A stretch of DNA of 64,000 nucleotides. Origin: an uncultured delta proteobacterium (lineage in GTDB: Bacteria > Desulfobacterota > Desulfobaccia > Desulfobaccales > 0-14-0-80-60-11). Shown here piece by piece: positions 46,236 through 53,818 of the stretch (position 1 is its first letter; the number at the start of each line of letters is the position of its first letter). The notes under the pieces were generated by a model. It did no database searches and was not told the origin of the DNA. It saw nothing but the letters and a program-made list of their open reading frames with translations. Made by a program: the position numbers and the translations under genes. The stretch spans positions 41,348-105,347 of the forward strand of contig CAVTZS010000008.1 of the NCBI GenBank assembly GCA_963739295.1. Direction: 5' to 3'.

Positions 46236-46315
46236 AAATCCCCCCTGGCCCCCCTTTATTAAAGGGGGGAAGTGGAAAGTCCCCCTTTAATAAAGGGGGA
46301 TTTAGGGGGATTTGA
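46236..46315. repeat. pair of C6TTTA/TAAAG6-type palindromes nested between AAATCCCCC and GGGGGATTT repeats
   Basis: CCCCCCTTTATTAAAGGGGGG (46249-46269) and TCCCCCTTTAATAAAGGGGGA (46280-46300), then GGGGGATTT twice. Confidence 0.7.
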
Positions 46316-46349
46316 GAATTGCTTTCGCCTAAGCTGCTAAGGAGAAACA

Positions 46350-46928
46350 TTGCGGATCATTGCCGGCTCCCTGCGGGGCCGCCGTTTAGCTCCGGTTAAG
46401 GGCCGGATCCGCCCCACCGCGGCCAAGGTCAGGGAAGCGATTTTCAACATCTTGGGGGAGGCCGTCCGGGAGGCCCGGGTGCTGGACCTGTTCGCCGGCA
46501 CCGGCGCCCTGGGGATCGAAGCCTTGAGCCGGGGGGCCCAGGCCGCGGTCTTGGTGGAAGAGCATCCGGCTGCCCTCCAGGTACTGCGCCGCAATCTGGA
46601 AGCCCTAAACTTGGGGGACCGGGCCTCGGTGCTGCCGCTGCCGGTGCTTACGGCCTTGAAGAAATTAGCCGCCCAGGGGCGGCACTTCGAGCTGGTCTTT
46701 ATGGACCCGCCTTATGGCGCGGCGGCGGCTACGGCTACCCTGGCCGCCCTGGCCGCGGGAGACCTGCTTCCGCCCCAGGCCTGGGTGGTGGCGGAAGTAA
46801 GCCGCCGGGAGACTTTGCCGGAGTCCAGCGGGACTCTTTTTCTCCAGGAGTTAAGGCGCTATGGCGATACCCAGGTGGCTTTCTACCTGGCCGCGGTTAA
46901 TTTCGAGAAGCAGGAGCAGCAGGGCTGA
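46350..46928 (+). CDS. rsmD: 16S rRNA (guanine966-N2)-methyltransferase RsmD
   Basis: TTG start, MRIIAGSLRGRRL, LDLFAGTGALGIEALSRG and DPPY. Confidence 0.85.
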   Translation: MRIIAGSLRGRRLAPVKGRIRPTAAKVREAIFNILGEAVREARVLDLFAGTGALGIEALSRGAQAAVLVEEHPAALQVLRRNLEALNLGDRASVLPLPVLTALKKLAAQGRHFELVFMDPPYGAAAATATLAALAAGDLLPPQAWVVAEVSRRETLPESSGTLFLQELRRYGDTQVAFYLAAVNFEKQEQQG

Positions 46929-47413
46929 TGGCCGACATTGCCGTATACCCCGGCTCATTTGACCCCATCACCAACGGCCACCTGGACCTGATTCAGCGGG
47001 GCTTGAAGATCTTCGACCACATCATCGTGGCGATAGCCATCAATCTGGCCAAGAAGTCGCTCTTTACCACTGAAGAGCGCCTGGAGATGATCCGGGCTTC
47101 CCTGGGGGATAATCCCAATATTACCATTGACACCTTCACCGGCTTGCTGGTGAATTATTGCCGGCGGCAAAATGCCCGGGCTATCTTAAGGGGCCTCCGG
47201 GCCATCACCGACTTTGAGTACGAATTTCAACTGGCCATGATGAACCGCCGCCTGGCTGCGGATATTGAGACCGTTTTCATTATGACCGGGATCAGGTGGG
47301 TGTTCTTGAGCTCCAGCATCCTGAAGGAAGCGGCCATCCACGGGGGCGACATCGAAACCATGGTGCCGGAGATGGTTTACGCCAAGTTGCAGGAAAAATA
47401 CGGCCTGAAATGA
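46928..47413 (+). CDS. coaD: pantetheine-phosphate adenylyltransferase
   Basis: YPGSFDPITNGHLD and a typical CoaD length (161 aa). Confidence 0.95.
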   Translation: MADIAVYPGSFDPITNGHLDLIQRGLKIFDHIIVAIAINLAKKSLFTTEERLEMIRASLGDNPNITIDTFTGLLVNYCRRQNARAILRGLRAITDFEYEFQLAMMNRRLAADIETVFIMTGIRWVFLSSSILKEAAIHGGDIETMVPEMVYAKLQEKYGLK

Positions 47414-47423
47414 GGAGTTAAGG

Positions 47424-47843
47424 TTGCGTATCTGCGTCATCGACGGCCAGGGGGGCGGCATCGGCGCGGCTCTCATCAAGCGCCTGAAGGAGGTCTACCG
47501 GGAAGAGCACGAGGTCATCGCCCTGGGCACCAATGCCGTGGCCACCGCGCAGATGATGAAGGCTCGGGCCAATCGTGGGGCCAGCGGGGAAAACGCCATC
47601 GTCCGTACGGTGATGAGGGTGGATGTCATCCTGGGGCCCCTGTCCATCGTGTTGGCCAACTCCATGATGGGGGAACTCACTCCCCGGATGGCGGAGGCCA
47701 TTGCCTCGGCGCCGGCCCCCAAGATCCTTTTGCCTTTGACCCAGGAGCGGGTGGAGATCGTGGGCTTGAGCCCCGAGCCCCTGCCCCACCTGGTGGAAAA
47801 GATCGTCAGTGAACGACTGAAGGAGTTACTTAGCCATGTGTGA
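47424..47843 (+). CDS. DUF3842-like protein
   Basis: 139 aa, TTG start. The N-terminus MRICVIDGQGGGIGAALIKRLKE matches this family as I recall it. Confidence 0.55.
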   Translation: MRICVIDGQGGGIGAALIKRLKEVYREEHEVIALGTNAVATAQMMKARANRGASGENAIVRTVMRVDVILGPLSIVLANSMMGELTPRMAEAIASAPAPKILLPLTQERVEIVGLSPEPLPHLVEKIVSERLKELLSHV

Positions 47844-48024
47844 AGCTTCAGCTTATATGCTCAAAGACGGCCAGGAGGAACTGCTCCTCACGGAAGTGGA
47901 CACCATCGAACCTGAAGGGGAGAACCTGCGCATCGTCAATATCTTCGGAGAACAAAAGGTCATCAAGGCCGCCATTCACAGCCTCAACCTGGTGAACCAT
48001 AAGGTCATCCTGGTGGAGAAATAA
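47836..48024 (+). CDS. CooT-like small nickel-binding/RNA-binding-fold protein
   Basis: 62 aa, with MCEA at the N-terminus (Cys2) and the pattern ...VNIFGEQK...HKVILVEK. It overlaps the DUF3842-like gene by 8 nt. Confidence 0.55.
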   Translation: MCEASAYMLKDGQEELLLTEVDTIEPEGENLRIVNIFGEQKVIKAAIHSLNLVNHKVILVEK

Positions 48025-48143
48025 AGGGTTTGGCGTTTCAGGTATACGGTTTTCGTAAAATTGGAAGATAAACTGGTATTTTTAAATACCAAATGCCTTA
48101 TTTTTGCCTCTTTTAACGAAAATCTCGGCATGGAGGCATATGA

Positions 48144-49073
48144 ATGGTTGGAAAGCTGGAAAAAGTAGCCCTGCGTGAAGTTTGGTCAAAAGAGGCAAAG
48201 GATTTCACAACATGGCTTCTTAACAATAGTGATATTCTATCAGAGCAGTTAGGCATAGAGATTTCTACTTTAGAGAGAGAAAAGACAGTAGGCACATTTG
48301 CCGTTGATCTTGTTGGAACAGACAGCAACGGTAATCCGATAATCATAGAGAATCAGCTTGAAAAAACAGATCACGACCATTTAGGCAAGGTTCTTACGTA
48401 TCTTTCTAACCTAAACGCCAAGACTGCTGTCTGGATTGCAAGTGATCCCAGGCCTGAACATATTGCCGCTATAAATTACCTTAATGAAGTCGTGCCCGAT
48501 GACACCAATTTTTATCTCGTTCGAGTAGAGGCTTTTCGCATCAGAGATTCTGAGCCTGCACCTTTATTTACTGTGGTGGCCGGGCCAAGCCCTGAGGTTA
48601 GGAAAAGAGGAAAAATAAAAAAAGAACTCGCCGAAAGTGAGCAAAAGCGGCTGGAGTTCTTTACTCAACTGCTTGAACGATCTAACGCGAAAACCTCCCT
48701 ATTTAAGAACATTTCGCCCACCGGTTACCAAAACTGGCTTAACGCAGGAGCAGGAAAGTCTGGATTAGGTTGGACCTATTCTGTAAGGCGCAATGACGCC
48801 AAAGTGGAATTGTTCTTTCAATTTCCCGACCAAGACGTCAATTCAAAAAGATTTAAGGCCTTAAAGGCCAATAAAGAAGAAATAGAATCTCTGTTTGGCG
48901 AGCCTTTAGACTGGGATTTTAAGGATACACGTAAACAGCAGTATATCCGTTCTCGGTGTAGTATTGGAGGTTTATCCAATGAAGACAAGTGGCCGAAAAT
49001 TCAAAACGATCTTGTTGATCGTATGATTCGTTTGGAAAAGGCACTGAGAGAATATATCACATCATTGCCATAA
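48144..49073 (+). CDS. DUF4268 domain protein with an N-terminal PD-(D/E)xK nuclease-like module
   Basis: 309 aa, AT-rich. N-terminus FAVDLVGTDSNGNPIIIENQLEKTDHDHLGKVLTYLSNL (D...ExK pattern). The C-terminal half carries the DUF4268-like pattern. GGAGG lies 8 nt before the ATG. Confidence 0.7.
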   Translation: MVGKLEKVALREVWSKEAKDFTTWLLNNSDILSEQLGIEISTLEREKTVGTFAVDLVGTDSNGNPIIIENQLEKTDHDHLGKVLTYLSNLNAKTAVWIASDPRPEHIAAINYLNEVVPDDTNFYLVRVEAFRIRDSEPAPLFTVVAGPSPEVRKRGKIKKELAESEQKRLEFFTQLLERSNAKTSLFKNISPTGYQNWLNAGAGKSGLGWTYSVRRNDAKVELFFQFPDQDVNSKRFKALKANKEEIESLFGEPLDWDFKDTRKQQYIRSRCSIGGLSNEDKWPKIQNDLVDRMIRLEKALREYITSLP

Positions 49074-49092
49074 GCCAAATCCAAGGGAAAAT

Positions 49093-49139
49093 AAAAAAGC
49101 AGGGAGGCTGGGCTTATAGCCCAGCCTCCCTGCTTTTTT
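49093..49139. terminator. bidirectional intrinsic terminator between convergent genes
   Basis: AAAAAAGCAGGGAGGCTGGGC-TTAT-AGCCCAGCCTCCCTGCTTTTTT. Confidence 0.75.
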
Positions 49140-49144
49140 GCACA

Positions 49145-49209
49145 TAAGGGATTGGGGGAGGGGGCGTGGGGGAGGGGGTAAGGGCCTGCGGCCCTTAGCC
49201 CCCTCCCCC
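49145..49209 (+). repeat. G-tract + hairpin element, type 1, copy A
   Basis: ATAAGGGATTGGGGGAGGGGGCGTGGGGGAGGGGGTAAGGGCCTGCGGCCCTTAGCCCCCTCCCCC. Confidence 0.85.
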
Positions 49210-49222
49210 AGTTCTTCTTCTC

Positions 49223-50362
49223 TCATTTTGCTTTCACATAACGGCCGTCTTTGATCTCCAGGAGATAGACGCCGATGGTGCCGGCCCGGACTATGTCGTG
49301 CTCATTGTTAAAGGAGAGCTTGCCGGTGACCCCGTCGTAGTCCTTCATCTCATCCAGGAATTTCTTGATGCCCTCGCTGGTGGGGCCTCCTTTTTTCATG
49401 CCTTCCAGGATCATGCCGGTGGAGTCGTAGGTGAGGGCCGCGAACATGATGTTCACCGGGTCGTTGTTCTTCTTGGCCAGGGCGTAGTAGTCTTCCTTGA
49501 ATTTCTTGTTCTTCGGGGTGTCGTAGTCTTCGTCATATTCCCCGGCAATGAGGTGGCCTTCCGCGGCCTTGCCCGCCAGCTGAGCATAGATGGGGTCCAT
49601 GTCGCCGTAAACCCCCAGGATCTTCTGGTTCATCCCCAACTGCCGGGCCTGGGCCGCGGCGGGCGCGGTCTCTGGGGTGTAGCCGGGGATGAACAGGATA
49701 TCCGGATTGGCACCCTTGATAGTGGTGAGTTGGGCCTTGAAATCCCGGGAGCCCCGCATGAAAGACTCCTGAGCCACCACCTTGATTCCCAGCTTCTCAA
49801 AGTCCTTGCCAAAGAACTCGGCGCAGCCCTTGCCATAGGGCTCATTGGAGAAAAGTATCGCCACGGTTTTGGGCTTCCAGTTCTTGGCCACATAGTCGGT
49901 CAGGGCCTTGGCCTGGACATCGATGCGGGAGCAACCCCGGTAGAGATAAGCCCCATAGCCGCTCAGCTTGGGGGTGGTGGCGGTGGGGCTGATGTCCACC
50001 ACCTTAGCCTCCTCCGAGGTCTTCCCCGCGGCCATGATGCCGCCGGAGGTCATAGGACCGACAATGGCCACCACCTTGTCCACGCTGATGAGTTTCTGCA
50101 CCGCGTTCACCGAGGCGGTGGGGGAGTCTTTTTCGTCATCCACGATCAACTCCACCTGGCGCCCATTGATGCCCCCGGCTTTATTGACCTCGGCCACGGC
50201 CATCTCCACGCCCCGGCGGGACGGGATGCCGTGCTCCGCGCCGATGGACAGCCGGAGCACCGTGCCCATCTTGACGGGCGGGTCGGCCCCCCAGGCTAGG
50301 GGTGAGGCAATTAAACCGATGAGCAATGCCAAAAGTAAAATTCGTCCAAGTTTCGCCTTCAT
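49223..50362 (-). CDS. ABC transporter substrate-binding protein (Leu/Ile/Val-binding family)
   Basis: 379 aa with a signal peptide. Type I periplasmic binding fold pattern (VAIVGPMTSG, FSNEPYGKG). Confidence 0.9.
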   Translation of the reverse strand: MKAKLGRILLLALLIGLIASPLAWGADPPVKMGTVLRLSIGAEHGIPSRRGVEMAVAEVNKAGGINGRQVELIVDDEKDSPTASVNAVQKLISVDKVVAIVGPMTSGGIMAAGKTSEEAKVVDISPTATTPKLSGYGAYLYRGCSRIDVQAKALTDYVAKNWKPKTVAILFSNEPYGKGCAEFFGKDFEKLGIKVVAQESFMRGSRDFKAQLTTIKGANPDILFIPGYTPETAPAAAQARQLGMNQKILGVYGDMDPIYAQLAGKAAEGHLIAGEYDEDYDTPKNKKFKEDYYALAKKNNDPVNIMFAALTYDSTGMILEGMKKGGPTSEGIKKFLDEMKDYDGVTGKLSFNNEHDIVRAGTIGVYLLEIKDGRYVKAK

Positions 50363-50449
50363 TTCATCCCTCCTGGGAAATTTTTTCTGACCTCAAGTTA
50401 TAGTTGGCAAAGCACAGAAATAGTTAGGATACCCTTGTGGGCCCCTTTG

Positions 50450-51703
50450 TTAATCCTCAATTTCCTTCAAGGTAATCCGGGCGTCGATGCGCAAATTTTC
50501 CTGGAAAAGGCGCCGGGCCAGGCGGCAGAGGCCTTCCAGGGCCTTGACCTCATCGGAGAATAACGTCTCATCCAGGGTCAGTTCGATGTCCAGAAGCTCC
50601 AGGCCTTCTTCTTCTACTACCTGCCAGCGGTAGCGGGGCAAGTGGCCTCCCAAACAATCCTTAAGCAACAGGCCGATCTGGTCCGGGTGCACCTTGATGC
50701 CGCCCACCGCAAAGATGGCGTCCACCCGGCCGGTGATCTCCCCCAGGCGCATAAGGGTGCGCCCGCAGGGGCAGGGCTTCGTCACCAGGCGGGTGCGGTC
50801 GCCGCTTCGGAAGCGCACCAGCGGGAAGGCCACGGTGCTCAGGGTGGTGACCACCAGTTCTCCCGGCGCGCCGGGGGGTACCGGAATGCCGGTCTCCGGG
50901 TCAATGATCTCCGGGTAAAAATGGTCCTCCGAGAAGTGAAACCCATGGTCTGCGCCGCAACTGAAGGCCAGGCCGGGACCCATTACCTCGGTGATGCCAT
51001 AGGCCCCGGCCACCTGGACCTGGAAGCCTGCTTCGATTTCCCCCCGGACCTCTGGCGGCAGCGGCGCGGCCACCAGCAAGGCCTTTTTGAGACTCAGTTC
51101 CGTGGGGGCCAGATCCATGCGCGCCATCACTGTGAGTAAATGCCGGGCCAGGGAAGGGGTGGTGACCAGGACCGAGCTCTTGTAGTCCCGCATCACCATT
51201 AACTCTTTGGCGAAATTGAGCGTAGCCGCGGGGATCACCGAGGCCCCCAGGTATTCGGCCCCGGCCTGCAGGTCCCGGCGCCAGTTGGCCAGGCCTCCGG
51301 GCAAAATGAGTTGCACAATGTCTTCTCGGGTGATGCCCGCGGCGGCGTAGAGGCGGGCCAGCAGCTCCTGCCAGAGTTTCACATCCTGGGCGGTGTAGCC
51401 CACCACCAGGGGTTTTTCCGTGGTGCCGGGAGAGGATTGGATGCGCACGATGTCCCGGAGAGGCACCGCAAAGAGGCCGTAAGGATAGTTTTCCGACAGG
51501 TCCTCCCGGGTGGTAAAGGGGAGCCGGGCCAGGTCTCTTAGGTCCCGGATGTCGTCCAGGCGCACCCCTAAGCGCTCGAACTGGCGGCGGTAGAACTTGA
51601 CCTGGCGATAAGCCCGGGTGAGGGTGCTCTGGAGACGCTCCAACTGCAGCAACTCCAGCTCTTCCCGGTCCATGGCCTCAACGTCGGGCTGGCGCACGGG
51701 CAC
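50450..51703 (-). CDS. phenylacetate--CoA ligase family protein (divergent paralogue)
   Basis: 417 aa, PaaK-like throughout (FTTREDL..NYP, SSPGTTEKP, YGITEV, C-terminal domain). It overlaps the livF stop by 1 nt. Confidence 0.85.
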   Translation of the reverse strand: MPVRQPDVEAMDREELELLQLERLQSTLTRAYRQVKFYRRQFERLGVRLDDIRDLRDLARLPFTTREDLSENYPYGLFAVPLRDIVRIQSSPGTTEKPLVVGYTAQDVKLWQELLARLYAAAGITREDIVQLILPGGLANWRRDLQAGAEYLGASVIPAATLNFAKELMVMRDYKSSVLVTTPSLARHLLTVMARMDLAPTELSLKKALLVAAPLPPEVRGEIEAGFQVQVAGAYGITEVMGPGLAFSCGADHGFHFSEDHFYPEIIDPETGIPVPPGAPGELVVTTLSTVAFPLVRFRSGDRTRLVTKPCPCGRTLMRLGEITGRVDAIFAVGGIKVHPDQIGLLLKDCLGGHLPRYRWQVVEEEGLELLDIELTLDETLFSDEVKALEGLCRLARRLFQENLRIDARITLKEIED

Positions 51704-52440
51704 TACCTCCCTTCGGTGAATTCCTTGTAATCACGGCCCAGGTAGGCCCGGGTCACCTGGCGGTCCCGGAGCAGGTCCTGGGCGGTGCCGCTCAAGATGA
51801 TGCGGCCGGTTTCCAAAACGTAGGCCCGGTCGGCTACCTTCAGGGCGGCCCGGGCATTCTGTTCCACCAGGAGAATGGTGAGGCCCTCGACGCGCAGGCG
51901 GTTCAGAGTGGCCAAAATGTCCTCCAGCACCAGGGGGGCCAGGCCCAGGGAGGGCTCATCCAGGAGCAGGAGCCGGGGGCGGGCCATCAAGGCGCGGCCG
52001 ATGGCCAGCATCTGCTGCTCCCCTCCGCTCAGGGTATCGGCCCTCTGCCCCACCCGCTCCTTAAGGCGGGGGAATAGCCGGTAAACCCGCTCCAGGTCCT
52101 CGTTAATGGCGGCGCGAGTTTCCCGGCGAAAGCGGCAATAAGCGCCCAGTTCCAGATTTTCCAGCACCGTCATGGGCGCAAAGAGCTGGCGCCCCTCAGG
52201 CACCTGGGAAATCCGCAAGGCCACAATCTCTTCCGGGGCCAGGCCGGTTAAGGAGCGGCCATCAAAGGCGACCTCCCCCTTAAGGCGCACCAGCCCGCAG
52301 ATGGCGTTGAGCAGGGTGGTCTTGCCCGCGCCGTTGGCGCCAATCAGGGCGACGCTCTCGCCCTCCTTGACGTGGCAGGTCACCCCGCTGAGGGCGGTGA
52401 CGGAGCCGTAATAGGCGTAAAGGTTGCGAATTTTAAGCAT
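51703..52440 (-). CDS. livF: branched-chain amino acid ABC transporter ATP-binding protein
   Basis: Walker A GANGAGKTT, signature LSGGEQQMLAIGRAL, LLLDEPS. Confidence 0.9.
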   Translation of the reverse strand: MLKIRNLYAYYGSVTALSGVTCHVKEGESVALIGANGAGKTTLLNAICGLVRLKGEVAFDGRSLTGLAPEEIVALRISQVPEGRQLFAPMTVLENLELGAYCRFRRETRAAINEDLERVYRLFPRLKERVGQRADTLSGGEQQMLAIGRALMARPRLLLLDEPSLGLAPLVLEDILATLNRLRVEGLTILLVEQNARAALKVADRAYVLETGRIILSGTAQDLLRDRQVTRAYLGRDYKEFTEGR

Positions 52441-52446
52441 TTTTAA

Positions 52447-52471
52447 AGTAGCCAGTAGTCAGTAGCCAGTG
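52447..52471. repeat. heptamer array (AGTAGCCAGTAGTCAGTAGCCAGTG), left arm flanking the four-helix-bundle gene
   Basis: Read directly. It is the imperfect inverted partner of 52878-52912. Confidence 0.8.
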
Positions 52472-52498
52472 TTTTTAGATTTTCATTTCTTTGGTTAA

Positions 52499-52858
52499 TT
52501 ATTGTTTTCTGATGGAGGCCAACAGCCCGTTTAAAATACGCCCCACTTCCGAGGCAAGATTCAATAAACCGGTCACTTCCTTCTCATCGAGGTAATCAAG
52601 ATTTTTGGCAATGAGAATTTGGGTTTTCAACTCTGATAATGAACCTCTGGCATGCCCCAGAAATTGATGAAATTCTTTCTTAGATAATCTTTCCTGACCT
52701 TCAGCAATATTGCTGGGGATCGATACTGCCGCGCGGCGGAGTTGACTCATCAGGCCGAATGTTTCTTCCTTGGGGAACTTTTGGCTAAGCCGATAGATTT
52801 CGGTCACCAACTCCATGGCTTTATTCCAGGCCACTAAGTTTCGATAAGATTGCCCCAT
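52499..52858 (-). CDS. four helix bundle protein (23S rRNA intervening-sequence protein / Avd-type family)
   Basis: MGQSYRNLVAWNKAMELVTEIYRLSQKFPKEE..GLMSQLRRAAVSIPSNIAEGQER.SKKEF.QFLGHARGSLSELKTQILIA is the family pattern. ATG 52858 gives 119 aa, and TTG 52870 is an alternative start. GC looks lower than the flanking liv genes by eye. Confidence 0.85.
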   Translation of the reverse strand: MGQSYRNLVAWNKAMELVTEIYRLSQKFPKEETFGLMSQLRRAAVSIPSNIAEGQERLSKKEFHQFLGHARGSLSELKTQILIAKNLDYLDEKEVTGLLNLASEVGRILNGLLASIRKQ

Positions 52859-52877
52859 ATTTCTCACCAAAATTCTT

Positions 52878-52912
52878 CAACTGACAACTGACAGCTGCCA
52901 ACTAACAACTGC
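52878..52912. repeat. heptamer array (CAACTGACAACTGACAGCTGCCAACTAACAACTGC), right arm flanking the four-helix-bundle gene
   Basis: Read directly. Confidence 0.8.
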
Positions 52913-52918
52913 TCTGAA

Positions 52919-53704
52919 TCACGCCTGCCAGTCGGTGCCCAAATACGCGGCGATTACCTCCGGGTGCCTCTGGATGGCCCGGGGCGGGCCGTCGGCGATG
53001 AGGCGGCCGTAGTTGAGCACCGCAATCTCATCCGCCACCTCCATGGTGAGGGCCATGTCGTGCTCCACCAAGAGGACGGTAATGCCCTGAGCCCGCAGGG
53101 CCAGGATCATTTCTGCCAGGCGGTCGGTTTCCCCGGCATCCAGTCCCGAGGCGGGCTCGTCCAGGAGCAGGAGGGTGGGTTCCGCGGCCAGGGCCCGGGC
53201 CATCTCCAGCAAGCGTTTTAAGCCTAAGGGCAGGATGGCCGCTATCTGGTGCGCCCGATCCGCCAGCCCCATGAACTCCAAGGCCTCCCAGGCCCGCTGG
53301 CGGATCAGCCCCTCTTCCCGGCGACTCCTGGGGAGGCGGAAGGCCCCGGACAAGAGCCCGGCGTGGCTCAGGCGGTGGCGTCCCACCATGACGTTCTCCA
53401 GGACGGTCATATGGTCAAAGAGTTGCACCAACTGGAAGGTGCGGGCAATGCCCAGGGCGGCCAGGGCATGGGCCGGTTTTCCCTGAATCTCTTGGCCCCG
53501 AAAGATGACCCGGCCCGCCTGGGGGGTAAGGAAACCCGTCACCAGATTAAACAGGGTGGTCTTGCCCGCGCCGTTGGGCCCGATGATCGCCTTGATGGCG
53601 CCCGGGGGCACCGAAAAGCTAACCCGCTCCAGGGCCTGAAGGCCGCCAAAGGCCAGGCTGATTTCTTGTAAATCCAGGAGCGCTTTATCTGGTAACAAAT
53701 CCAT
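52919..53704 (-). CDS. livG: branched-chain amino acid ABC transporter ATP-binding protein
   Basis: Walker A GPNGAGKTT, LPLGLKRLLEMARAL, LLLDEPASG. Confidence 0.9.
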   Translation of the reverse strand: MDLLPDKALLDLQEISLAFGGLQALERVSFSVPPGAIKAIIGPNGAGKTTLFNLVTGFLTPQAGRVIFRGQEIQGKPAHALAALGIARTFQLVQLFDHMTVLENVMVGRHRLSHAGLLSGAFRLPRSRREEGLIRQRAWEALEFMGLADRAHQIAAILPLGLKRLLEMARALAAEPTLLLLDEPASGLDAGETDRLAEMILALRAQGITVLLVEHDMALTMEVADEIAVLNYGRLIADGPPRAIQRHPEVIAAYLGTDWQA

Positions 53705-53722
53705 ATAATAATTAAAGACCTA

Positions 53723-53818
53723 CCACCAAGACACCAAGGACACCAAGAAACAGAGAGAATAATAATTGTGGCCAAAAGGCACAATTATTATTCCTTGGTG
53801 ATCTTTGTGTCTTGGCGG
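53723..53818. repeat. long imperfect inverted repeat filling the livM-livG spacer
   Basis: Core 14-bp perfect stem GAATAATAATTGTG (53757-70) / CACAATTATTATTC (53780-93). It is extended by CCAAG/CTTGG-type repeats (CCACCAAGACACCAAGGACACCAAG ... CCTTGGTGATCTTTGTGTCTTGGCGG). Confidence 0.8.

Noticed and set aside
52441-52918. Diversity-generating retroelement, suggested by the Avd-type four-helix-bundle gene
   Set aside because: No reverse transcriptase ORF lies anywhere in the window. The only diverged duplicate (28581-28838 versus 31161-31417) has substitutions of all types, not adenine-specific ones.
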